DNA of 64,000 bases from a bacterium (GCA_030372965.1 JAUCQC010000228.1:15203-79202); one strand, 5' to 3'. Numbered from the stretch's first letter, positions 16,004-26,566 are shown. Notes: a model not told the origin generated them from the letters alone. Made by a program: numbers and translations.

Positions 16004-17920
16004 TTGAGTCAAATCACGATCACATTCGAAGGCGGAACCCAAAAACAGGTTGAAAAAGGCATTTCCATCTTTCAGGCGGTTCAGCAGGCGCTCCCCGAAT
16101 TGGCCTCTTCCGCGATTGCCGCTGTAGTCAACGGAAAAATTACGGATTTACAGGATCGGATCGAATCGGACGCAACGGTTCAAATCGTCTCGGATAGCGA
16201 TCCGGCAGGCCTGCACGTATTCTGGCACAGCGCCTCCCATGTGATGGCCCAGGCGGTTCGCGCACTTTTCCCGGACGCCAAGCTGGGAATCGGCCCTTCC
16301 ATCGAGAACGGATTCTATTACGATTTCCGGATGGAAAGGACCCTCACCGCCGAGGATCTTCCAGCCATCGAAGCCAAGATGAAGGAAATCGTCAAAGCCA
16401 ATCAGCCCTTCATCCGCGACCGGCTGTCTCTGGAAGAGGCCGAGGCGTTGTTCAGAAGCCGGGGTGAGGATTTCAAACTCGAGCTGATACGCGACATTCC
16501 CGCCGACAGCCTCACCGTGTACCGCAACGGCGATTTTGTCGACCTGTGCCGAGGGCCCCATGTCCCGACGACCGGGCGGATCCGGCACTTCAAACTGCTC
16601 AGCGTGGCCGGCGCCTACTGGCGGGGCGACGAACGGAATGCCGTGATGCAGCGGATTTACGGTATCGCGTTCCGCGACAGCGAAACGCTGAAAAGCCATC
16701 TGGCCATGCTGGAAGAGGCCCGGAAGCGCGATCACCGAAAGCTGGGGAAAGAGCTGGACCTGTTCAGCTTCCAGCCAGAAGGTCCGGGATTCGCGTTCTG
16801 GCACCCGAACGGGATGTCGCTTTACAATTCCGCCATGGAGGCGGTGCGCGAAATCCTCATCCGCAAGGGTTACTCGGAGATCAAGACGCCGATCCTGCTC
16901 AACGAATCGCTGTGGCACCGGAGCGGACACTGGGATCATTACAAGGAGAACATGTACTTCACGAGCATCGACGAGCAGCCGTTCGCCGTGAAGCCCATGA
17001 ACTGCCCGGGATGTGTCCTCGTCTACCGCCACACGCCGCGTTCCTACCGTGATCTCCCCGTGAAATTCATGGAAATGGGGCTGGTGCACCGGCACGAGAA
17101 ATCGGGCGTTCTGCACGGCCTGTTCCGCGTCCGGCAGTTCACCCAGGACGATGCGCACGTGTTCTGCACCCCGGATCAGCTCGAGGCGGAAATTGGGAAA
17201 CTGATCGACCTCGTGGCCGAGGTGTACGCCCTGTTCGGATTCCACCGCTACCAGATCGAGGTCTCCACGCGGCCGTCGAAATCCATCGGATCCGATGAAA
17301 TGTGGCGGGCAGCCGAGGACGCTCTGACGCGCTCGCTCGCGTCCAAGGGAATCGCGTACTCGCTCAATCCCGGCGAGGGCGCCTTTTACGGTCCGAAGAT
17401 AGACTATCACATTCAGGATTCGCTCGGACGGACGTGGCAGTGCGGAACGATCCAGGTGGATTATTCAATGCCCGAACGGTTCGAACTTGAGTACGTCGGA
17501 GCGGACAACGCGAAACACAGGCCCGTCATGATCCACCGCGCCATCTTCGGCTCCATCGAGCGTTTCATCGGGATCCTGATCGAGCATTTCGGCGGGGCAT
17601 TCCCGCTCTGGCTGGCACCGGTGCAGTGCGTGGTGATCCCGATCACGGACAAGCATCACGCGGCGGCCGAGGCGGCGGCCGAACGGCTCGGTCGCGACGG
17701 CATCCGCGTCCGGGTCGACGGCCGCAACGAGAAGATGGGCTACAAAATCCGCGAGGCGGAGAAGCTGAAAATACCCGCGATGGCCGTGATCGGAGACCGG
17801 GAGGCGGAACAGGGAACCGTGTCCGTCCGCCGGCACGGGCGCGGCGATCTCGGCTCCCTGCCGCTCGGGGCATTCGCGGAATCCCTGAAGGACGAAATCG
17901 CAAGGAGGGCGAGCCATTAG
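16004..17920 (+). CDS. thrS: Threonine--tRNA ligase
   Basis: TGS domain, HSASHVMAQAV editing motif, and class II motifs (KPMNCPG, FRVRQFTQDDAH, GAFYGPKID). I chose the TTG at 16004 (AAAGGA 6 nt upstream) because the tracked start at 15920 lies inside the tRNA-Val gene. Confidence 0.93.
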   Translation: MSQITITFEGGTQKQVEKGISIFQAVQQALPELASSAIAAVVNGKITDLQDRIESDATVQIVSDSDPAGLHVFWHSASHVMAQAVRALFPDAKLGIGPSIENGFYYDFRMERTLTAEDLPAIEAKMKEIVKANQPFIRDRLSLEEAEALFRSRGEDFKLELIRDIPADSLTVYRNGDFVDLCRGPHVPTTGRIRHFKLLSVAGAYWRGDERNAVMQRIYGIAFRDSETLKSHLAMLEEARKRDHRKLGKELDLFSFQPEGPGFAFWHPNGMSLYNSAMEAVREILIRKGYSEIKTPILLNESLWHRSGHWDHYKENMYFTSIDEQPFAVKPMNCPGCVLVYRHTPRSYRDLPVKFMEMGLVHRHEKSGVLHGLFRVRQFTQDDAHVFCTPDQLEAEIGKLIDLVAEVYALFGFHRYQIEVSTRPSKSIGSDEMWRAAEDALTRSLASKGIAYSLNPGEGAFYGPKIDYHIQDSLGRTWQCGTIQVDYSMPERFELEYVGADNAKHRPVMIHRAIFGSIERFIGILIEHFGGAFPLWLAPVQCVVIPITDKHHAAAEAAAERLGRDGIRVRVDGRNEKMGYKIREAEKLKIPAMAVIGDREAEQGTVSVRRHGRGDLGSLPLGAFAESLKDEIARRASH

Positions 17921-18425
17921 CAAAGACGAAATCCGTCTCAACGAGGAGATCCCGTCCGAAACGATGCGGGTCATTGACGCGGACGGGAAGCAGATCGGCG
18001 TCCTGATCAAGTCGAGGGCGCTCGAACTGGCGGCCGAACGCAACCTGGATCTGGTGGAGATCGTCCCGAACGCGTCTCCGCCCGTCTGCCGCATCATGGA
18101 TTTCGGCAAGTACAAGTACCAGCTCAGCAAAAAAGAGAAGCTGAGCAAGAAGAAACAGCACGTCATTCATGTCAAGGAAATCCGGTTCCGTCCGACCATC
18201 GACAGTCACGATATCGAGACCAAGCTCAAGCAGGCCCGGAAATTCCTCGACATGGGCGACCATGTGCGTGTCCGCATCATGTTCCGCGGGCGCCAGATCG
18301 TGCATCCCGAACTCGGGCGCGCCGTCCTGGACCGGGTCCAGAAGGACCTGTCCGACATCGCCAAAATGGAAAAGGATGCGATCACCGAAGACCGCAGCAT
18401 CGTCGTCACCTTCATAAAAAAATAG
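17916..18425 (+). CDS. infC: Translation initiation factor IF-3, ATT start codon
   Basis: In-frame reading from the ATT at 17916 gives (M)SKDEIRLNEEIPSETMRVIDADGKQIGV, the conserved IF-3 N-terminus. The ATT overlaps the thrS TAG (17918-17920). Confidence 0.9.
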   Translation: MSKDEIRLNEEIPSETMRVIDADGKQIGVLIKSRALELAAERNLDLVEIVPNASPPVCRIMDFGKYKYQLSKKEKLSKKKQHVIHVKEIRFRPTIDSHDIETKLKQARKFLDMGDHVRVRIMFRGRQIVHPELGRAVLDRVQKDLSDIAKMEKDAITEDRSIVVTFIKK

Positions 18426-18445
18426 AGCAAAGGAGCCCTGATCCC

Positions 18446-18640
18446 ATGCCGAAAACCCGAACCCGGAGCGGCGTGAAGAAGCGGTTTTTCGCAACCGCGG
18501 GCAGCACCATCAAGCGCGATAAGGCGTACGCCCGCCACATTCTCACGTCCAAGTCCACCAAACGCAAACGCAAACTGCGCCAGTCGGACAGCGTGTCCCC
18601 GTCCGAGAGCCGCCGCGTCAAGCGGATGCTCGGCATCTGA
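18446..18640 (+). CDS. rpmI: 50S ribosomal protein L35
   Basis: 64 aa, MPKTRTRSGVKKRF... Confidence 0.95.
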   Translation: MPKTRTRSGVKKRFFATAGSTIKRDKAYARHILTSKSTKRKRKLRQSDSVSPSESRRVKRMLGI

Positions 18641-18687
18641 CGCCGGACCCGCTTCGCATCCGAACCGCATAAACCAGGAAGAACCGA

Positions 18688-19038
18688 ATGCCCAGATCAA
18701 CCAACAATGTCGCTTCGCGGGCGCGGAGGAAGAAAATCCTCAAGGCGGCCCGCGGCTATTTCGGTGGAAAAAGCAAGCTCATCAAGACGGCGAAGGAAGC
18801 CGTCCAGCGCTCCATGCGCTACGCGTATCGCGACCGCCGGACCCGGAAGCGGGAATACCGGACGCTCTGGATCGCCCGCATCAACGCGGCCGTGCGTCCG
18901 TTCGGCCTGAATTATTCGGGTTTCATCCGGAGCCTTGAAAAATCGAACATCGAGATCGACCGCAAACTGCTCGCCGATCTCGCGGTCACCGATCCGAAAG
19001 CCTTCGCCCGCATCGTCGAGCAGGTGAAGAACGCCTGA
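18688..19038 (+). CDS. rplT: 50S ribosomal protein L20
   Basis: 116 aa, with [16 protein letters not shown] and WIARINAA. Confidence 0.95.
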   Translation: MPRSTNNVASRARRKKILKAARGYFGGKSKLIKTAKEAVQRSMRYAYRDRRTRKREYRTLWIARINAAVRPFGLNYSGFIRSLEKSNIEIDRKLLADLAVTDPKAFARIVEQVKNA

Positions 19039-19054
19039 CCGGGAACCCGATTCC

Positions 19055-20077
19055 ATGGCAACGGAAAACCTGACCGGGGAAATCCGGAAGATAGACGAGG
19101 CGTTCCAGTCCAGTCTGGCCGGGGCGAAAGACGCGCCATCCCTGGAACGGATCCGCACGGATTTTCTCGGCCGAAAAGGCCGGATCGCCCGTCTGTTCGA
19201 GACACTGGGCGAAGCGGACCCCGCCGTCCGCCGGGAGGCGGGCCGCCTGCTGAACGAGCTGAAAAACCGGGCCCAGTCCGCCGTTCAGGAGCAAGCCGCC
19301 CGCGTCTCGGCGAAAGGATCCGAGGAAGACCGTCCGGATCTGACGCTTCCCGGATACGCGCCGCCGGTCGGCCGCCTGCACCCGCTGACCATCGTCATGC
19401 GCCGGGTCAAGTCCTGTTTCCAGAAGCTCGGTTTCGCGGTCGCCCAGGGACCGGAAGTCGAATCGGACTATTACAACTTCGAAGCGCTGAATATTCCGCC
19501 GGATCATCCGTCCCGGGACATGCAGGACACGCTGTACGTCAGCGACCGCGTGGTTCTGCGCACGCACACGTCCCCCGTCCAGATACGGGTGATGGAGAAG
19601 CAGAAACCGCCCGTCCGGATCATCGCCCCCGGGCGGGTTTACCGCCGCGACACGCCGGACGCGTCGCATTCTCCGGTTTTCCACCAGGTGGAGGGACTCT
19701 GCGTCGACGAGGGCGTGAGTTTCGCCGACCTGAAGGCGGTCATCCTGGCCTTCGCGCGGGAGATGTTCGGATCGGACATGACGATCCGTTTCCGGCCGAG
19801 TTTTTTCCCGTTCACGGAACCCAGCGCCGAGTACGACTTCGCCTGCGTCATCTGCAGGGGAAGAGGCTGCCGGGTCTGCAAGAACACGGGATGGGTGGAG
19901 ATTTCCGGAGCGGGCATGGTGAATCCCGAGGTGTTCCGCTTCGCGGGCATTGACAGCGAACGGTACACCGGATACGCCTTCGGCATGGGCGTTGAACGCC
20001 TCACCATGCTTTTATACGAGGTTCAGGACATCCGCGCATTCTATGAAAACGACCTCCGTTTTCTCGGGCAGTTCTAG
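19055..20077 (+). CDS. pheS: Phenylalanine--tRNA ligase alpha subunit
   Basis: HPSRDMQDTLY, LRTHTSPVQIR, FHQVEGL and FPFTEPSAE. Confidence 0.95.
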   Translation: MATENLTGEIRKIDEAFQSSLAGAKDAPSLERIRTDFLGRKGRIARLFETLGEADPAVRREAGRLLNELKNRAQSAVQEQAARVSAKGSEEDRPDLTLPGYAPPVGRLHPLTIVMRRVKSCFQKLGFAVAQGPEVESDYYNFEALNIPPDHPSRDMQDTLYVSDRVVLRTHTSPVQIRVMEKQKPPVRIIAPGRVYRRDTPDASHSPVFHQVEGLCVDEGVSFADLKAVILAFAREMFGSDMTIRFRPSFFPFTEPSAEYDFACVICRGRGCRVCKNTGWVEISGAGMVNPEVFRFAGIDSERYTGYAFGMGVERLTMLLYEVQDIRAFYENDLRFLGQF

Positions 20078-20086
20078 GGCGAAGCC

Positions 20087-22465
20087 ATGAAGATACCGCT
20101 GTCCTGGCTGCAGGACTGGATTCCCGTTCCCCTCGACGCGCAGGATATTGCGCGGCGCCTGACGCTGGCCGGCCTGGAAGTCGAATCCGTCGACGCCGTG
20201 GGCGGACGCTTCCGGGGCGTGGTGGTCGGACGCATCCTGTCCGTCGGGCCGGTGCCCGGAGCCGACAAACTCCGTCTGTGCCGGGTGGACGCCGGATCGG
20301 GTGAAATTCAAGTGGTCTGCGGCGCCCCGAACGTGCGAGATGGAATTCTCGTGCCGGTCGCCCTGGAAGGCGCCCAGTTGCCCGGCAACGTTAAAATCCG
20401 GCGCACAGTCATCCGGAACGCGGAATCAGCCGGCATGATCTGTTCCGTCCGGGAACTGGGCCTCGGCGACGACCATTCCGGCATTCTCGTCCTCGATGAT
20501 CCGTCGCTCCGGCCCGGTGACGCCTTCACGGACCCCGAGGGGACCGATTGGGTTCTTGACATCAACGTGACCCCCAACCGGCCGGATTGCCTTTGCGTCC
20601 GGGGGATCGCCCGGGAGGCGGCTCTTCTCCTCGGCTGCGGGCTCCGGTCTCCGGAGGCCGGAAAGCCCGTGGACGCGGCCGGCGACGCGGTTGACATCCG
20701 CGTCGAGGATCCGGTCGGCTGCAGCCGATACACGGCCCGCCGCCTGAAGGACGTCCGCATCGGGCCTTCGCCCGAGTGGATCCGGAAACGGATCGAAGCG
20801 GCCGGCATGCACGTCGTCAACAATATCGTCGACATCACCAATTACGTCATGCTGGAGACGGGTCAGCCGCTCCATGCGTTCGACGCGGATCTTCTGGACG
20901 GAGGCCGCATCGTCGTGCGCCGCGCCGGCGCGCTCGGCCAGTTCACGACGCTGGACGGCCAGGAACGAAAGCTCTCCGCCGAGGATCTTCTGATCTGCGA
21001 CGGCGCCCGTCCGGTCGCGCTGGCCGGCATCATGGGCGGGCGGAATTCCGAAGTGTCCGAGGGGACGCGCCGCATCCTTCTGGAAAGCGCCCATTTCGAT
21101 CCGATGACCATCCGGCGAACCGTCAAGCGGATCGGCATTTCCTCCGAGGCGAGCATTCGGATGGAGAAAGGCGTTGATCCCTCCGGCACCCGGGACGCGC
21201 TGGAACGGGCGATCGCGATGATGGTCGAATTATGCGGCGGACATCCGGATTCCGGCGTGACCGACGTCGAGGCGCGTCCGATCCGTCCGGTCCGTATCGC
21301 GCTCAGGCCGCGGCGCATTGGCAGAGTGCTCGGCGCTGAGATACCCCAGGCGGATGTCCTCCGCATCCTGTCCGGGCTCGGCATGACCGTCGAGGGGACG
21401 GATCCGTTCGAGGTCACGGTGCCGACCCGCAGGCCGGATGTGACCGGGGAGATCGATCTGATCGAGGAAGTGGTGCGTCATTTCGGGTACGACCGCATCG
21501 AACCCGCAGCCGCCACGAACGTGCCGACCGTCATCCATTCGAACCGGGAGGATGAATTCATCGAACGGCTCCGGGACATCCTCTCCGGCATGGGATTCAC
21601 GGAAGTGTTCAACAACAGCATGGTCGACCGGCAATCGACGGATCTTTTCTTCGCGCCGGTTCCGGCGGTCCCGGTGCGCAACCCGCTGAGCCCTGAAACC
21701 GCTTTTTTGCGCACCGCCCTCCTGCCCGGCCTGATGGAAAGCGTCCGCTGGAATCAGAACCGTTCCGTCTTCGATCTGCGTCTGTTCGAGGTCGGACACG
21801 TTTTCAAGCACCGGGAGGAGGGACTTCCGGAAGAACGGGTCCGCATCGCGGGCGTCATCAGCGAATCGGCCCGTCAGAAGGGGTACTGGAAATCCCGCTC
21901 GCCGCGATCCGACTGGTATGCCGTCAAGGGAACGTGTGAAGCCCTGGCGGAGGCGCTGCACCTCAAAGATGCGGCCTTCCGGCCGTCCCCCGAACGGGGA
22001 TGGGTTTCCGGATCCGCCGCGGTGTTTACCTCCGGGGGGAAGCGGATCGGCACCTTGGGTGAGGCGGATCCGTCCGTCCGCGCCGCGTGCGGGGTTTCGG
22101 AAAGGGTTTTCGGTTTCGAACTGGACGCTTCCGTGCTGTTGGAATGCCTGCCGCAATCCCCGGTCGCACGCCCGGTTCCCCGGTATCCCGCCGTGCGGCG
22201 GGATCTCGCCCTGGTGGTCGACGCCGGGGTGCCGGTGGGTTCGATACAGGAAACCCTGTTCCTGAACGGAGGCGGCCTGCTCGTGTCCGCCGATCTTTTT
22301 GATCTGTACCAGGGAAAACAGATTCCCGCCGGGCGGAAAAGCCTCGCCTTCACTCTCGCTTTTCTGTCGCCGGAACGCACGCTCACGGACGCCGACGTCG
22401 ACCCCGTGATGAACGGAATCGTCCGTTCCCTCGAGTCGGTTCACGGCGCATCCCTGCGGTCTTGA
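20087..22465 (+). CDS. pheT: Phenylalanine--tRNA ligase beta subunit
   Basis: MKIPLSWLQDW, a tRNA-binding domain, and B3/4, B5 and FDX-ACB domains. 792 aa. Confidence 0.95.
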   Translation: MKIPLSWLQDWIPVPLDAQDIARRLTLAGLEVESVDAVGGRFRGVVVGRILSVGPVPGADKLRLCRVDAGSGEIQVVCGAPNVRDGILVPVALEGAQLPGNVKIRRTVIRNAESAGMICSVRELGLGDDHSGILVLDDPSLRPGDAFTDPEGTDWVLDINVTPNRPDCLCVRGIAREAALLLGCGLRSPEAGKPVDAAGDAVDIRVEDPVGCSRYTARRLKDVRIGPSPEWIRKRIEAAGMHVVNNIVDITNYVMLETGQPLHAFDADLLDGGRIVVRRAGALGQFTTLDGQERKLSAEDLLICDGARPVALAGIMGGRNSEVSEGTRRILLESAHFDPMTIRRTVKRIGISSEASIRMEKGVDPSGTRDALERAIAMMVELCGGHPDSGVTDVEARPIRPVRIALRPRRIGRVLGAEIPQADVLRILSGLGMTVEGTDPFEVTVPTRRPDVTGEIDLIEEVVRHFGYDRIEPAAATNVPTVIHSNREDEFIERLRDILSGMGFTEVFNNSMVDRQSTDLFFAPVPAVPVRNPLSPETAFLRTALLPGLMESVRWNQNRSVFDLRLFEVGHVFKHREEGLPEERVRIAGVISESARQKGYWKSRSPRSDWYAVKGTCEALAEALHLKDAAFRPSPERGWVSGSAAVFTSGGKRIGTLGEADPSVRAACGVSERVFGFELDASVLLECLPQSPVARPVPRYPAVRRDLALVVDAGVPVGSIQETLFLNGGGLLVSADLFDLYQGKQIPAGRKSLAFTLAFLSPERTLTDADVDPVMNGIVRSLESVHGASLRS

Positions 22466-22480
22466 GTCACGCGGGAGGGC

Positions 22481-22765
22481 ATGATGGATCTTCAGTTCAT
22501 CGACATGCTGGAAGAGAAGGTGAACCGGATGGTTCAGCAGCTCGGACAGCTCAAGACGGAGAACCGCGAACTCCGGATGCGGAACCAGGAATTGCAGGCC
22601 ATCCTGGAGGATAAGGAACGCGCGGTGTACACCCTGCGGACCGAACTCGACCAGTCCAGGGCCGTCCAGGGGGAAATCGAGAATTATCGCAAGAGCCAGG
22701 ACCGGATACGGTCCAAAGTTGAGACACTGCTGGAGAAGCTGAAGGATTTCGAGAATATCCCCTGA
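22481..22765 (+). CDS. Small coiled-coil protein, ZapB-like (putative division-associated)
   Basis: 94 aa, heptad-rich (LEEKVNRMVQQLGQLKTENRELRMRNQELQ), located directly upstream of zapA. Confidence 0.45.
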   Translation: MMDLQFIDMLEEKVNRMVQQLGQLKTENRELRMRNQELQAILEDKERAVYTLRTELDQSRAVQGEIENYRKSQDRIRSKVETLLEKLKDFENIP

Positions 22766-22837
22766 CGCGCCGTCCGCGCGTCTGGGGCGCAGACCCGGTC
22801 ACGTTGAAGGAATTTGAAATCGAACGGGGTCGTTCCG

Positions 22838-23140
22838 ATGGAATCTGACAAAAACGTTCTGAAAGTCAGAATCTACGGCGCCGAATACTTGATCCGAGGA
22901 CAGGCGGACGTCAATTACATGCAGTCGGTTGCTGAATACGTGAATGACAAGATGCTTGAAATCGATCAGACGATTCGGACCGATTCCTCGCTCAAAGTGG
23001 CCATACTCGCCACACTGAACATCACCGACGAGCTGTTCCGTGAGCGGTCGGAATCGGAAGCCATTCGGAACGAACTCGAAAATAAAATACGGGAGCTGAA
23101 TCTTCTGATCGACCGGCAGTTGTCCGCATCGGACGTGTGA
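22838..23140 (+). CDS. zapA: Cell division protein ZapA
   Basis: VRIYGAEYLIRG..., VAILATLNITDEL, and a C-terminal coiled coil. I prefer the ATG at 22838 over the tracked TTG at 22814. Confidence 0.8.
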   Translation: MESDKNVLKVRIYGAEYLIRGQADVNYMQSVAEYVNDKMLEIDQTIRTDSSLKVAILATLNITDELFRERSESEAIRNELENKIRELNLLIDRQLSASDV

Positions 23141-23262
23141 GCCGGCCGGTCCTCCGCTCCTCCTTCCTTCAACCTCCTCTTCACCGAAGTCCCGCCTGAC
23201 CGGCGTGATCGACCGGGTCCTCCATCATTTTCCGCGACTGGTGCACATAGATCGGAGGCACT

Positions 23263-24828
23263 ATGATTCCATTGGTTTGGGTGATTATCGGATTTCTGCT
23301 GACATCCGTATTGTTCTTCTTTCTGGGATGGGTCGTCAACAACAAGCTTGGACAGGGCAAGATCGCGAGCGCAGAGAAGCTGGCGGCTAAAATCATTTCG
23401 GAATCGGAGAAAGAGGCCGAATCCCTCAAGAACCAGAAACTCATTGAAGCGAAGGATGAATCCATCCGGCTTCGCCAGAATGTCGAGCGCGAGACGCGCA
23501 ACCAGCGCCAGGAGATCGACAAGCAGAAGCGGAAGCTGGAATTCAAGGAAATCGAGCTCGACCGCCGGCTGAACCACCTGAACCAGCGCGAGACCGAGCT
23601 TAAAAAGCTGGAACAGAGCCTGAAGGACCGCAACGACCACCTCTCGAAAAAAGGGGAGGAGCTGGACCAGGTGATCGCCGAGCAGAACGACCGCCTCACC
23701 CGGATTTCCGGCATGAGCCACGAAGAGGCCCTGAAGGAGCTGAAATCCAACCTGCTGGCCAAGGCGAAGCAGGAATCCGCCCAGATCATCAAGGAGATCA
23801 AGGACCAGGCCCGGCTGACCGCGAACAAGGAGGCGAAGGAAATCATCATTTCGTCGATCCAGCGCACCGCCGCCGACCATTCGACGGAGGCCACAGTCTC
23901 GGTCGTCCATCTGCCGAGCGACGAGATGAAGGGAAGGATCATCGGCAGGGAGGGACGGAACATCCGAGCCTTCGAGAACGCGACGGGCATCGACATGATC
24001 GTGGATGACACCCCGGAAGCGGTCATTCTGTCGGGTTTTGATCCGCTGCGCCGGGAAATCGCCAAACGGGCCCTCGAGAAACTGATTGCCGACGGCCGGA
24101 TCCACCCCGGGCGCATCGAGGAAGTCGTCGAGAAGACCAAGAAGGAGATGGAGGAGGTCATCCTTCAGCTCGGCGAGCAGGCTCTGTTCGAGACGGGCGT
24201 TCACGGAATCCATCCCGAGCTCGTCCGGCTTCTCGGAAAGCTGAATTTCCGGACCAGCTACGGGCAGAACGTTCTGCAGCACAGCGTGGAGATGGCCCAT
24301 TTGTCCGGCCTGATGGCCGCGGAACTCGGCCTTGACGCCGTGATCGCCAAGCGCGCCGCGCTGCTCCACGACATCGGGAAGGCCGTGGACAAGGAGACGG
24401 AGGGCACCCATTTCCAGATCGGCGCCGACCTGGTCAAGAAATACGGGGAAGGGGCCATTGTGCAGAACGCCGTCGCCTCGCATCACGGGGACGTCGAGAT
24501 GATTTCGCCGATTTCGGCCCTCGTTCAGGCGTCAGACTCGATCTCCGGTTCCCGTCCGGGCGCCCGGCGGGAGACCCTCGAAGGGTACATCAAGCGTCTT
24601 GAAAAGCTGGAGGAGATCGCGGAGTCCTTCCAGGGTGTTTCGAAGACCTATGCCATCCAGGCGGGCCGGGAGATCCGGGTTCTGGTCGAGCCCGACCGCA
24701 TCAGCGACGCGTTGGCCGATCAGCTTGCGACGGACATTTCCGAAAAGATTCAGTCTGAGATGGAATACCCCGGACAGATCCGGGTGACGGTGATCCGGGA
24801 GTACCGCTCGACCCAGTACGCGAAGTGA
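23263..24828 (+). CDS. rny: Ribonuclease Y
   Basis: N-terminal TM helix, a long K/E coiled coil, KH domain ([15 protein letters not shown]), and HD domain ([18 protein letters not shown]). Confidence 0.95.
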   Translation: MIPLVWVIIGFLLTSVLFFFLGWVVNNKLGQGKIASAEKLAAKIISESEKEAESLKNQKLIEAKDESIRLRQNVERETRNQRQEIDKQKRKLEFKEIELDRRLNHLNQRETELKKLEQSLKDRNDHLSKKGEELDQVIAEQNDRLTRISGMSHEEALKELKSNLLAKAKQESAQIIKEIKDQARLTANKEAKEIIISSIQRTAADHSTEATVSVVHLPSDEMKGRIIGREGRNIRAFENATGIDMIVDDTPEAVILSGFDPLRREIAKRALEKLIADGRIHPGRIEEVVEKTKKEMEEVILQLGEQALFETGVHGIHPELVRLLGKLNFRTSYGQNVLQHSVEMAHLSGLMAAELGLDAVIAKRAALLHDIGKAVDKETEGTHFQIGADLVKKYGEGAIVQNAVASHHGDVEMISPISALVQASDSISGSRPGARRETLEGYIKRLEKLEEIAESFQGVSKTYAIQAGREIRVLVEPDRISDALADQLATDISEKIQSEMEYPGQIRVTVIREYRSTQYAK

Positions 24829-24846
24829 ACCGAACATCCCGATTGT

Positions 24847-25656
24847 GTGAGGAAGAACTTGGCACCGCTTCGCATTCTCTTCATCGGGGACGTCATCGGC
24901 AATTCCGGCGTGTCCCTGCTGCAATCCTCCCTGAGCCGGCTGCAGAGCCGGACGGGCGCGGACATCACCGTCCTGAACGCGGAAAACGCGTCCGCGGGCA
25001 GGGGGTTGACGCCGTCGATGGCCGCAACCCTGTTCGGACTCGGCGTGGACGTGCTGACCAGCGGCAACCACATCTGGAACAAAGACAAGATATTTCCCGT
25101 CCTGGAGGAGCAGCCGTACCTGCTGCGCCCCCTGAATGTTCCTCCGGGAGCGCCCGGGCACGGCGTCTGCGTTTTCCGGACCGCGGCCGGAGAACCGGTG
25201 GCCGTGATGAACCTTCAGGGGCGCAGCTTTATGATGCCGATCGAATGCCCGTTCCGGGCGGCGGACGCTGAAATCGACCGACTGAACCGCGAAGGGGTCC
25301 GGGTCATATTCGTCGATTTTCACGCCGAGGCCACGGCCGAAAAAATCGCGTTGGGACGTTATCTGGACGGACGGATCACGGCTCTAGTCGGCACCCATAC
25401 GCACGTCCAGACGGCGGACGAAACCCTGCTGCCGAAAGGGACGGCTTATATCACGGATGCCGGAATGACCGGACCCGTCGACTCTGTCATCGGCATGGAC
25501 ACGGATACCGCCATTCTCCGTTTCAGGAGCCAGCTGCCGGTTCCATACCGCGCTTCCGAGTCCGCCGCTTCCCTCAACGGGGTCGTCATCGAGGCGGATG
25601 CGTCCAGCGGCAGGGCGGTCCGAATCGAACGCCTGCGGGAAACGCAACCTCAATGA
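24847..25656 (+). CDS. ymdB: YmdB-family metallophosphoesterase (TIGR00282 type)
   Basis: GTG start. ILFIGDVIGNSG, NAENASAGRGLT, SGNHIWNK, VDFHAEATAEK and GTHTHVQTADE. The rny-ymdB pairing is conserved. Confidence 0.9.
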   Translation: MRKNLAPLRILFIGDVIGNSGVSLLQSSLSRLQSRTGADITVLNAENASAGRGLTPSMAATLFGLGVDVLTSGNHIWNKDKIFPVLEEQPYLLRPLNVPPGAPGHGVCVFRTAAGEPVAVMNLQGRSFMMPIECPFRAADAEIDRLNREGVRVIFVDFHAEATAEKIALGRYLDGRITALVGTHTHVQTADETLLPKGTAYITDAGMTGPVDSVIGMDTDTAILRFRSQLPVPYRASESAASLNGVVIEADASSGRAVRIERLRETQPQ

Positions 25657-25669
25657 ACGGGAGGCTGTT

Positions 25670-26566
25670 TTGGCCCAGTTGATAGACGGAAAAGCCATCG
25701 CCGCGGCCATTCGGGCCGAGACTGCGGCTGAATCGGCCGCGTTCCGGTCGGCCGGGGTGACGCCGAGACTCGCGGTCGTACTGGTGGGCGACGACCCGGC
25801 TTCGGGACAGTACGTCCGCAACAAGGAAAAGGCCTGCGCCGAGGCGGGCATTGTCTCCGAGACCGTCCGGCTTCCCCAATCGACGGATACCGCCGGGCTT
25901 CTCGATACGATACGCCGCCTGAATGCCGATCCCATGGTGCATGGACTGCTGGTTCAGGTGCCGCTTCCGAAACAGATCGACGAAGCCGCGGTCCTTCTGG
26001 CCGTTTCCCCCGAGAAGGACGTGGACTGCTTTCACCCCCTCAACGTGGGACGGCTGATCTCCGGATTCGACGCGGACAGTTTTGTCCCATGCACTCCGGC
26101 GGGGATCGTGGAGATGCTGATGCGATCCGGAAATCCGCCGGCCGGCAAACGGGTTGTCATCGTCGGCCGCAGCGCGATCGTGGGCAAACCGCTCGCGCTT
26201 TTGCTGATGGGGAAGGGCCCCTCCGCCGACGCCACGGTCACGGTCTGTCACACGCGCACGCCCGATCTGGCCGTCTTCACCCGCGCCGCGGACATCCTCG
26301 TCGCCGCGGCCGGACGTCCGGAGATGATCCGCGGCGACATGGTACGTCCCGGCGCCGTGGTGATCGACGTGGGCACCAACCGGGTTTCCGATCCGACCGG
26401 AGCAAAGCCGTTCCGCTGGGTCGGAGACGTCTGCTTCGAGGAGGTCGCCCCGAAGGCGTCGCACATCTCTCCCGTTCCGGGCGGAGTCGGCCCCATGACC
26501 ATCGCGATGCTCCTGAAAAACACCCTGACGGCCTGCCGCCGAAGCGAAAGGAGTCGAAAGACTTGA
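25670..26566 (+). CDS. folD: Bifunctional methylenetetrahydrofolate dehydrogenase/cyclohydrolase
   Basis: LIDGKAIA, LVGDDPASGQYV, GLLVQVPLP, VVIVGRSAIVGKP and PVPGGVGPMTIAML. TTG at 25670, with GGGAGG 5 nt upstream. Confidence 0.92.
   Translation: MAQLIDGKAIAAAIRAETAAESAAFRSAGVTPRLAVVLVGDDPASGQYVRNKEKACAEAGIVSETVRLPQSTDTAGLLDTIRRLNADPMVHGLLVQVPLPKQIDEAAVLLAVSPEKDVDCFHPLNVGRLISGFDADSFVPCTPAGIVEMLMRSGNPPAGKRVVIVGRSAIVGKPLALLLMGKGPSADATVTVCHTRTPDLAVFTRAADILVAAAGRPEMIRGDMVRPGAVVIDVGTNRVSDPTGAKPFRWVGDVCFEEVAPKASHISPVPGGVGPMTIAMLLKNTLTACRRSERSRKT

Noticed and set aside
23141-23262. 6S RNA (ssrS) downstream of zapA
   Set aside because: The zapA-ssrS linkage is known in some bacteria. Here the spacer is only about 120 nt, dominated by a pyrimidine tract, and cannot hold a ~180-nt 6S structure with a central bubble.
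26089-26562. N-terminal extensions of tracked ORFs (proS from 26089, TPR from 28050, folD from 25598, gcvPB from 3598, kinase from 6098, lysS to 58182, CapK-like to 35809, 39797-41542, dapA to 62244, dapB to 63287, dapD to 61495)
   Set aside because: The extensions overlap the preceding well-supported gene and are R/G/P-rich. Conserved N-termini with plausible RBS and start codons (often 4-nt overlaps) lie further in.
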